Translations under genes and position numbers: made by a program
Shown here: piece after piece, positions 57,070 through 64,000 of the stretch
Position numbering within the stretch: position 1 is the stretch's first letter
Layout: each line of letters starts with the position of its first letter
Virus record (IMG/VR): IMGVR_UViG_3300028840_000888
Coordinates: 9,775-73,774 of that record
Direction: 5' to 3' (one strand)
Length of the DNA stretch: 64,000 bases
Source: a virus
The notes under the pieces: model-generated
Told to the model about the DNA's origin: nothing
The model's input: only the letters and a program-made list of their open reading frames with translations
Databases searched by the model: none

Positions 57070-57140
57070 GGTACTCGCGAACGGGGTAAGGTACCGGCAG
57101 CACAACACTGACCGGGGCGGCGTTCAAATCCCGCAGTATC
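57070..57140 (+). ncRNA. tRNA-like element
   Basis: GGTACT/AGTATC acceptor-like stem, GCGG-cG-TTCAAAT-C-CCGC T-arm, CCGGCAG/CTGACCGG arm with 7-nt loop. Confidence 0.45.
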
Positions 57141-57175
57141 CTATAGATATGTCGGGTTAGTAGGAGGAGGAAGCT

Positions 57176-57493
57176 ATGAAGAAAGCAAAGATTTTTGTAG
57201 ACTATGAAACACTAAGATGGTACTCAGAAGCGGCCATCAAGGCCGCCATCGTGGAGTTTCTTTCTGCCGGAACTGACGTGGAGATTATCAGTCACGCCGA
57301 AGCGTCTTTCATCAGCGGTGATCACGCTGTCAGTTTCTTCAAAGATCACCATAGAGACCATGTGGTCTTTGATAGCGACGGCGACTTAAAGAATATCATC
57401 CAGGCCATTAGACGCGCTGGGAGTCTTGGGCCTATTTGGATGATAGATAAGGAGTCGTCCAGGTTTGATAATGTCGTTTTATTGCGAGTGTGA
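57176..57493 (+). CDS. Hypothetical protein
   Basis: AGGAGG RBS. Confidence 0.65.
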   Translation: MKKAKIFVDYETLRWYSEAAIKAAIVEFLSAGTDVEIISHAEASFISGDHAVSFFKDHHRDHVVFDSDGDLKNIIQAIRRAGSLGPIWMIDKESSRFDNVVLLRV

Positions 57494-57697
57494 ATGATTA
57501 AGGAATTTTACGCCGAAGCCTACGCCATCAGTACCGCCGGCCTCGACTTCGAGGAGTTGGGGCTGTCGGTCGGAGAGACCGAGAGCACGAATACCGAGGT
57601 ATACGTGATCCCGGAGAGGTTTCAGCCACTTTTTGGGGAGTCGCTGAAGGTGGTTGGTTACATGGGGCCTGGTTGGTCCCTGTTCACTGAGGAGTAA
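57494..57697 (+). CDS. Hypothetical protein
   Basis: Adjacent ORF. Confidence 0.55.
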   Translation: MIKEFYAEAYAISTAGLDFEELGLSVGETESTNTEVYVIPERFQPLFGESLKVVGYMGPGWSLFTEE

Positions 57698-57709
57698 GGA
57701 GAAAGAAAA

Positions 57710-58453
57710 ATGAAGACCTATAAAATAGAAAGCAAATATTACGGTGGCCATTCCGAGTTGGACGAGGGAGATTTTTCCTTCGTCGTAGAGGTGGAGGACC
57801 ACATCCCGCCACCGCCGTTTACCGAGGTGAGCCACGGGCACGGGCACACCAACGACGAGCTGGACGCCGTGGTAAGTTGGTTCAACGCCATTCCGCATGA
57901 CGAGCGCCGCGTGATTTTCTGCGACGTCGGCGGAAAGGGTGTGTTCTTTGGTGGTGTCGTAGCCGTTGGGCAAACGGATTTTGAGCGGCGGCGTGGCTAC
58001 ACGCCGCAAGGCGTGCTAGTCGTCGGGCGCCATGAGTTCGGCGATAGCGCCCGCGCCTGCGTTGCTATTGAGGTTGGCAACCCGTTCAAATTTGAGCGGG
58101 TAAACCCAACATTCCGCAGCGTAGCGGACGTGGAGGATCTGCTCCGCGAGGCCCGCGCGCAGGGCCTCGTGGTCGTTTTCCAGGCGACCGCTCCCCACGT
58201 CGCCGTAGCACTCGCGCGGATGGCGCGCGAGGATCGCGGACTGGTCGGCATTGTGTTCAGCGTGCCTGGGGCGCGCCCCACCGCCAGAAAGCAATCATTC
58301 GTCAGCGAGCGTGGCGAAACTATCATGTGCGCTGTGGAATTTGTAAACCCGCGCGCACATGTTGAGGTACAAGCCGGTGAGCAAGATGTTGTTGTCGTCA
58401 CGGTAGAAAGCCCGATGCCGTTTGAGTTCGACCGCATCGAGTGGATCAGTTAG
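57710..58453 (+). CDS. Hypothetical protein
   Basis: TAAGGAG RBS. Confidence 0.65.
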   Translation: MKTYKIESKYYGGHSELDEGDFSFVVEVEDHIPPPPFTEVSHGHGHTNDELDAVVSWFNAIPHDERRVIFCDVGGKGVFFGGVVAVGQTDFERRRGYTPQGVLVVGRHEFGDSARACVAIEVGNPFKFERVNPTFRSVADVEDLLREARAQGLVVVFQATAPHVAVALARMAREDRGLVGIVFSVPGARPTARKQSFVSERGETIMCAVEFVNPRAHVEVQAGEQDVVVVTVESPMPFEFDRIEWIS

Positions 58454-58565
58454 TCAGCTGGTCCGTTGTTGCGTGATGACGGGGGGCGAGTTGTCGGGTG
58501 TGTTGGACTGAGCCAGTAGTTACAAGGTGGAGCGCGCATACCACATCACGCGGAGGAGAAGGTCA

Positions 58566-58829
58566 ATGACAACACATGACATAACCGACCGTGCTGCACG
58601 TTGTTTCAAAGCCTACAAGGTCATCACCGATCCACTGGGCATGTATGAGGGTGCTGTGTGGCCGGCCTTCGACCTTGATGACATCAACATCAACGAGGAG
58701 GGCTACGAGGGCGGCTTCCCACCCATCGGCATGGAGGTTGTGCGCCTTGAGCGCACGAGTCGGAACAATCCATTCCAACCGGCAGGGCGCTTCGTCTTCA
58801 ATGGCGAAAGGCTGGTACGCCGTGAGTGA
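58566..58829 (+). CDS. Hypothetical protein
   Basis: GGAGG RBS. Confidence 0.6.
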   Translation: MTTHDITDRAARCFKAYKVITDPLGMYEGAVWPAFDLDDININEEGYEGGFPPIGMEVVRLERTSRNNPFQPAGRFVFNGERLVRRE

Positions 58830-59493
58830 CTTGGTGATCAACGGCAATGCCCTGGATATGCAGTTGGCAGCATTTCAGGGGCGCAAGTACAAACTGATTG
58901 CGGCGGATCCGCCGTGGTGGTACAATGAACGCAACCACGGAGATCAAACGAAATTCGGGGAAGGCGCGAGCTACGATCTTATGACCACCGACCAAATAGC
59001 CGCTATGCCCGTTGCGCAACTCACCGCCGATCAATGCCTTCTCACACTGTGGGCAACCTGTCCACTGCTCCCCGATGCCCTAGAAGTCATGGCGGCCTGG
59101 GACTTCCATTTCGTGACGGTTGGCTTCGTGTGGGTCAAGGCTAATGCCGGGTTATGGGAGAAGCTGCGAGCCTTTGTGTCACAGTTGCCGCTATTCCCAC
59201 CGGATGACGGACAATTAATGCGGATGCTTGACAACCTTGCGTTTTTCGGCCCTGGCTACTACACCGGCAGCAATGCTGAGCTTGTGCTATTCGGTCGGCG
59301 TGGTGATGCTCCAAAGCACGCGGAAGGACACAAGGCCAGCCAAATGATCTTTGCGCCACGCGGAGATCATAGTGCAAAGCCAGAGGCGATGCAGGATAGA
59401 CTAGAATGGATGTACCCACAACTTACGCCACGCCTTGAGCTATTCGCTAGGCGCGAGCGCGCAGGGTGGGATGTATTTGGTAATGAGGTATAG
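58822..59493 (+). CDS. MT-A70 family adenine methyltransferase
   Basis: ADPPW, L.LWAT, FVWVK, HSAKP, RLELFAR..R.GWD.FGNE. Confidence 0.9.
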   Translation: MSDLVINGNALDMQLAAFQGRKYKLIAADPPWWYNERNHGDQTKFGEGASYDLMTTDQIAAMPVAQLTADQCLLTLWATCPLLPDALEVMAAWDFHFVTVGFVWVKANAGLWEKLRAFVSQLPLFPPDDGQLMRMLDNLAFFGPGYYTGSNAELVLFGRRGDAPKHAEGHKASQMIFAPRGDHSAKPEAMQDRLEWMYPQLTPRLELFARRERAGWDVFGNEV

Positions 59494-59524
59494 ATTTAGT
59501 TTAGTAAGTTCAAAAGGAGCAATC

Positions 59525-59755
59525 ATGACAACAGACAAAATCGAAGCAGAAGTCTCAAAAGTACAGGGTTGGCGCGCGTATGATGCGAACCTTCCCCGTA
59601 TCCCTCCAAACTACGTAACGGATCATGATGCCTGGTTCACCGGGTATGATGCGGCCCAGGCGCATCACAAGGAATACATGGAGGAGCGTGCATGGCAAGA
59701 ACGCGAGCGGCGCAAGCGCAACCGCGAGCAGCTTCTGGCGAGGATGTGGCGATGA
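59525..59755 (+). CDS. Hypothetical protein
   Basis: AAGGAG RBS. Confidence 0.6.
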   Translation: MTTDKIEAEVSKVQGWRAYDANLPRIPPNYVTDHDAWFTGYDAAQAHHKEYMEERAWQERERRKRNREQLLARMWR

Positions 59756-59958
59756 ATGGGCTCAGGGCCATTTCAAGGGTACGTGGGTCATGGTGGTATT
59801 GTATGGGCAGTGAGACATGGGAACTATGCCCACACTGCGGAGGATACGGGTACATCTACTGGTATCCGTATGTATCGTGTGACCACTGCGATGGTGGTTT
59901 TATTTGGCGGCACAAGAATATGCCGCTGGTGAAGGTTGAAAAGGAGGCAAGATCATGA
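59752..59958 (+). CDS. Zinc-finger protein (CxxCxGxG)
   Basis: CPHCGGYG...CDHCDG. Confidence 0.55.
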   Translation: MNGLRAISRVRGSWWYCMGSETWELCPHCGGYGYIYWYPYVSCDHCDGGFIWRHKNMPLVKVEKEARS

Positions 59959-60182
59959 AACTTAAACCGCCACGCAATCGCAGGATTATTGAGCCGCGTG
60001 TGTGCGCAAATTGCAAGCATTATCGAAGCGAGAACGGATCATGGTGGTGCGAGCGTGATCCTGAGTACCTCGACGATGTTGGTGATGGGTGGCAAAATAG
60101 CACAACTTGCGACCGATTCAATAGATGGACAGTTCGCCGTGATGGTTCCAAAGAAGCAAGCGCAAACAAGTTACTAAGATAA
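59955..60182 (+). CDS. Cys-rich small protein
   Basis: CANCKHY...C...CD.F. Confidence 0.55.
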   Translation: MKLKPPRNRRIIEPRVCANCKHYRSENGSWWCERDPEYLDDVGDGWQNSTTCDRFNRWTVRRDGSKEASANKLLR

Positions 60183-60199
60183 TTTCAAAGGAGTATAGC

Positions 60200-60709
60200 A
60201 TGACAAACACAATAATGTATAGGTGGAATGACAACCTCCCGGCAATCGAGTTATTACCATGCCAACTCTGCGGCGGCACACCGAAGGTTACACACATTGG
60301 AACGACCAACACGAAAAGGCGCTCAATCATAATCAGGTGCAGTGATCCGCAATGCATGGAAGCGAGACTGGATGCACATGTCAGGTTATCATTTGATGAC
60401 CTAGAGGTTATGGCGGCGCGTTGGTGGAATCATAGACCAGATGATCCGCAAAAGATCATGACGTGGAGATTTTTCAACGCGCATGGTGATGACTATGAGT
60501 TGACAAAGCAATACATAAAAGCGCAGCCTCCTATTTATGCCTCAAGAAGTATTTGCAAAATGCATGGTATTGACAATGAGAAAATTATCAGCCTGATAGC
60601 TTCCTGCATAAATGCGGCCCGCGAGGTAGACATGGAGATATTCATGAAGGTGTTGGAGGATGATGCTACTATTGAGCACTGGATAGAGTTCGCTGCATCT
60701 ATCCGGTGA
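60200..60709 (+). CDS. Lar-like restriction alleviation domain protein
   Basis: LLPC.LCGG...I.C....C...A...WN.R. Confidence 0.6.
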   Translation: MTNTIMYRWNDNLPAIELLPCQLCGGTPKVTHIGTTNTKRRSIIIRCSDPQCMEARLDAHVRLSFDDLEVMAARWWNHRPDDPQKIMTWRFFNAHGDDYELTKQYIKAQPPIYASRSICKMHGIDNEKIISLIASCINAAREVDMEIFMKVLEDDATIEHWIEFAASIR

Positions 60710-60736
60710 CTTACGACTCAAGAAAAGGAGACGACG

Positions 60737-61036
60737 ATGAACAATTACATTAACAAAAGCGAGATCATTGAAAGCACCAAGCCGCTGAGAGTTGTGCAGG
60801 TAGAGGCGAGGTGCCCTAAGTGCAAAGAGGGAACGCTTGAGTACACCGGGACTCAACTGACATCATACCCACCGTATGACGAGCACCTATGCAACAAGTG
60901 CGGGCATGTGGCGCTTATCCGGGATGCTCAGTATCCGATGATCAGGTATGAGGATGGGCACCAGGACAGCGCGGAACAACAGAGCTACCGCGAGACAATT
61001 CACGATGTCATGATGGGGCGCAAAAGGGGGCAATGA
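60737..61036 (+). CDS. Zinc-ribbon protein
   Basis: CPKC...H.CNKCG. Confidence 0.6.
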   Translation: MNNYINKSEIIESTKPLRVVQVEARCPKCKEGTLEYTGTQLTSYPPYDEHLCNKCGHVALIRDAQYPMIRYEDGHQDSAEQQSYRETIHDVMMGRKRGQ

Positions 61037-61284
61037 TGAACATAGAATCTTTCACAGAACCAGATCAACACCCATTCGATATGCTGCGCGGGTATCAACA
61101 TGCAAGCGAGAAAGAGCACGCTCTTGCGGCAATGCTCTGTAAATGCATAGAGGCAGGGAGCCTGGGCATCCGGCATGATTTTACCGGGCCAATAGCTGAT
61201 GAGATGGTCAGCGATGGCCTTCTGCTTGATGGTGTCTTTACCAAGAAGGCGCTAGGGCTGCTGTATAGTGTTTATGGAGCGTGA
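61033..61284 (+). CDS. Hypothetical protein
   Basis: Coupled ORF. Confidence 0.55.
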   Translation: MMNIESFTEPDQHPFDMLRGYQHASEKEHALAAMLCKCIEAGSLGIRHDFTGPIADEMVSDGLLLDGVFTKKALGLLYSVYGA

Positions 61285-61482
61285 GGAGAAGAGGCATGGA
61301 AAAAGAACACACGATAAAATGCAAGGCATGTCACAAGATCAAGAAAGTCATTGACGATGAAATCATTAGCGATGCTACGCTTTACTACAACGGATACCAC
61401 AGGCATAACGGCAACATTCTATGTACGCGATGTTATAGAGCCGCGATGGTTCCACCGAAGCAGACGTCAGTACAGCAGCGAC

Positions 61483-61511
61483 TTGCCATTTTGCGCGATT
61501 CGTAGTATAAT
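61483..61511 (+). promoter_or_regulatory. sigma70-like promoter
   Basis: TTGCCA-N17-TATAAT. Confidence 0.72.
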
Positions 61512-61517
61512 AAACAT

Positions 61518-61701
61518 GTAGAGGGAAGGGCCTGGCAAGCCTGACGGATCCCGAAGCAGGACAAACAAGAGCAAGCGGTCACTGAAGCAAACGTCTATGA
61601 TTTTATCTGGGCGGTTTGCGGCTAGTATATAGCCTGCCAACTATGTACTAAATCAAACCGCGAGCCGTCAAACCGTCCAGATAAGTGCATAGGCGTTTTT
61701 T
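61518..61701 (+). ncRNA. Structured leader/sRNA ending in a long terminator hairpin
   Basis: Nested stems 61589-61701, apical loop CCTGCCAA, U-tract. Confidence 0.55.
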
Positions 61702-61800
61702 ATTATCACAGACAAAGGAGAAACACCATGTTATGTGTTTGTAATGGAAAATGACATGAAGATATAGGCAGAATGGGTTTTATTTCTATGGAGGTAGAGC

Positions 61801-61974
61801 ATGAATAATAGCGAATGGCGTGTAAACGTTGAGATTACAGTCTGCGTTCAGGTGGATGTGTCGGCACCAAATCGCGAAGACGCGGAGAAGGCGGCAATCG
61901 AGGCGGCGGCTGAGGATTATGGACTAACAGATTATGTCTATGCCGAAGCCATCACGGTTGAGTCGGTTGGGTAG
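61801..61974 (+). CDS. 57-aa hypothetical protein not in ORF track
   Basis: GGAGG RBS; V.A...E.A...A motif. Confidence 0.55.
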   Translation: MNNSEWRVNVEITVCVQVDVSAPNREDAEKAAIEAAAEDYGLTDYVYAEAITVESVG

Positions 61975-61997
61975 GAGTGTTTCTACGGAGGCAAATT

Positions 61998-62318
61998 ATG
62001 AAAGAGATTAAACCTAATGACCTGGTAGAGTACTTTGGATCCGTCGCCGTTGTGCGCCGCGTCCTTGAAGATATTAACGGCACGATGCTACAGGTACGGC
62101 GCATAGGTGACAATTCGCGCAACCTCAAGTATATTGACATTGAAAGTGTGAGTGCCGTAACAGTGGCGGATGCGCAGGCAGAAGCCGTTAACGTAGTGCA
62201 GAACGCACTTGATGAGGTCGCATTGACAATGAGCGACATTGATCCTGAGTTTTCCGTTTATCTGAGGGCCATGATTCAAGAAGGCATAGATGCAATCGCT
62301 AACAGATACTCAGTATAA
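61998..62318 (+). CDS. Hypothetical protein
   Basis: GGAGG RBS. Confidence 0.6.
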   Translation: MKEIKPNDLVEYFGSVAVVRRVLEDINGTMLQVRRIGDNSRNLKYIDIESVSAVTVADAQAEAVNVVQNALDEVALTMSDIDPEFSVYLRAMIQEGIDAIANRYSV

Positions 62319-62542
62319 CGAGCTATGGTCGGCTTATGAGAGCGCGCGCATGTGTGACGCTGGCGGATCAGGAAGACTCGGAGAACACGCCATACTGATT
62401 CAATTGCTCATTGAGTATGGTTTTAACGTTGGATCCGTCATGGACGCCTACGCAGTCTGTGAACGGATATTCGGATGGTAAGCAAACCCGAACGGAGTTG
62501 CGCTAACATTTTAACATCATAATATATAAGGAGTTTGCTACG

Positions 62543-63400
62543 ATGAGTAATTACGATGAGTTCAAAGAGTTGATCAAGGCTTTTTCTGGACAGGACAACA
62601 TGATAGGCGTTCCGAGGGCCTATTGCAAATTCATGGGAAGTCTTGAGGGTGGTGTGTTCTTGTCTCAATTGATCTTTTGGAGTGACAAGGGGAAGCGTAC
62701 TGACGGCTTCTTTTACAAGACCTACAAGGAATGGGAAGATGAAACCCTACTCTCACAATACAAAGTCAATAAATATGTGTATATGCTATCTGACATAGGC
62801 ATAGTCGAGACGGACATCAAGCGAGCAAATGGATCACCAACCGTCCACTATCGTTTCGATTATCAAAAATTTCATAAACTGTTTATTGAATTTTTACAGA
62901 ATGGATTATCAAAAATTTCACAATCCTTAACAGACATTACTACAGAGACTACACAGACAAAAGATCCCGAATTTGCAAACAGCACAAATTCGGAACCGCC
63001 CCAAAGCAAACCTTCACCTGAGCCAACGCTATACACCACCCTTCCAGGAATGGATACCGAGACGAACAAGCCCACGTCCGAGGATGACACACGTATCCTC
63101 GAGGAGTATACCAAAGTGCGTCACGGCCAGGGGCGGCGGGGCTCGCGGCAATTCAAAAGCGCCGGTGTGAAGCGCGTGTGGAGGGAAGTGCTTAGCATGG
63201 CCGAGCAGAGGTATAATGGGCGCCACTGGGATGCCGTCTTGAGGTGGGTGAATCTCGCGGATGAGGAGGGCGTTAGTAGTCAAGCAGGATTTTTCAAGTA
63301 CATGCGCGGCTGCGCTAGGAAGGACAAGGGGCAGGCGCATGGCCTGATCGAGGCAAATCAGCCCGTACAAGGTGAAGCGGACGTGAACTTTTTCAGTTAG
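62543..63400 (+). CDS. Second replication initiator-like protein
   Basis: FLSQLIFW, FYKTY.EW..E, P..HYR; TAAGGAG RBS. Confidence 0.72.
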   Translation: MSNYDEFKELIKAFSGQDNMIGVPRAYCKFMGSLEGGVFLSQLIFWSDKGKRTDGFFYKTYKEWEDETLLSQYKVNKYVYMLSDIGIVETDIKRANGSPTVHYRFDYQKFHKLFIEFLQNGLSKISQSLTDITTETTQTKDPEFANSTNSEPPQSKPSPEPTLYTTLPGMDTETNKPTSEDDTRILEEYTKVRHGQGRRGSRQFKSAGVKRVWREVLSMAEQRYNGRHWDAVLRWVNLADEEGVSSQAGFFKYMRGCARKDKGQAHGLIEANQPVQGEADVNFFS

Positions 63401-63424
63401 TTCGGCAATTCAGGGGAGATAGCC

Positions 63425-63712
63425 ATGATGTTTTCAGAGCAAAAAAAACACGAGTATTGGAATCACTTTATCGCTGAACTATACATAAGCAACCAGAAGG
63501 CACAATTTACGGGAACGCACCTACGAAAGATCAAGCCGCTGATGTGGCGCGATCATGATTTTTGGTATGATTTGCTTGTGCGTCATTCTGGCAACGATAT
63601 GACGCCTGAGCAAATGCGCGACTCTATGCGCGGGCTGTATGATCATGCACACGGGAATTTTTGGGGGATGATCATACAGAAGATGGTGGAGAATGGTATT
63701 GTAAAAAGTTAG
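63425..63712 (+). CDS. Hypothetical protein
   Basis: GGAG RBS. Confidence 0.55.
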   Translation: MMFSEQKKHEYWNHFIAELYISNQKAQFTGTHLRKIKPLMWRDHDFWYDLLVRHSGNDMTPEQMRDSMRGLYDHAHGNFWGMIIQKMVENGIVKS

Positions 63713-63736
63713 TATCATAATTCAAAGGAGAAAGTC

Positions 63737-64000
63737 ATGAATAATCGACAGTTGGAACTTATGAAAGAATTTAAATGGTATAGCCCACACGGCGGGGCCG
63801 ACCTGCGCGGGGTCAACTTGGGCGAGGCCGACCTGAGCGGGGCCAAACTGCGCGGGGCCGACATGAGCGGGGCCGACCTGCGCGGGGCCAAACTGCGCGG
63901 GGCCAAACTGATCGGGGCCGACCTGCGCGAAATCGACCTGCGCATGGCCGACCTGAGCGGGGCAAACCTTGATTTTTCGGCGTTCCCGCTATGGTGCGGA
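63737..64000 (+). CDS. Pentapeptide repeat protein (truncated by window end)
   Basis: About 12 A(D/K)LxG-type units; AAGGAG RBS; open to end. Confidence 0.85.
   Translation, partial: MNNRQLELMKEFKWYSPHGGADLRGVNLGEADLSGAKLRGADMSGADLRGAKLRGAKLIGADLREIDLRMADLSGANLDFSAFPLWCG

Larger units (their letters stand above)
1..64000. mobile_element. Tailed bacteriophage genome segment (siphovirus-like)
   Basis: Terminase, portal, protease, HK97 capsid, tail tube, tape measure, lysin and dense small ORFs; no host housekeeping operons. Confidence 0.95.

Noticed and set aside
450-63945. Numerous antisense or alternative-frame ORFs in the track (for example 450-962, 22605-23222, 63715-63945)
   Set aside because: Shadow ORFs of well-supported genes, with no RBS or motifs

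Overview
This window is a large part of a tailed dsDNA phage genome (HK97-fold capsid, long non-contractile tail inferred). No integrase, CRISPR array, rRNA or reverse transcriptase is visible. Transcription diverges at a mirror-symmetric promoter pair near 49.6 kb and converges near 5.07 kb. The minus-strand arm (49.6 to 5.1 kb) carries DNA methyltransferases, a replication initiator, a degenerate tRNA(CAT), lysis genes, ThyX- and NrdD-like genes, packaging genes and a rearranged morphogenesis module (portal, neck, tail tube, tape measure, THEN protease and capsid, then tail tip). Directly after the capsid genes lies a five-gene cluster: three related GT-A glycosyltransferase-type domains (one lacking the DxD motif and fused to a small head-protein-like domain), a GT4 domain, a SAM methyltransferase and an Stf0-like sulfotransferase. 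This is the best candidate for an undescribed system (glycosylated, methylated and sulfated virion coat). The plus-strand arms (49.7-64 kb, 1-5 kb) hold many small early genes separated by repeated hairpin or palindrome elements, an FtsK/TraB-like ATPase with membrane partners, a second initiator, an MT-A70 MTase, a Ycf46-like AAA/DUF1257/DUF2997 triad and a PAPS-reductase-family gene. Non-coding highlights are a 21-bp-periodic inverted binding array upstream of terS, a tRNA-like element and two promoter-leader RNAs sharing a CTGCCA loop. All protein calls come from motif recognition by eye, not database searches.
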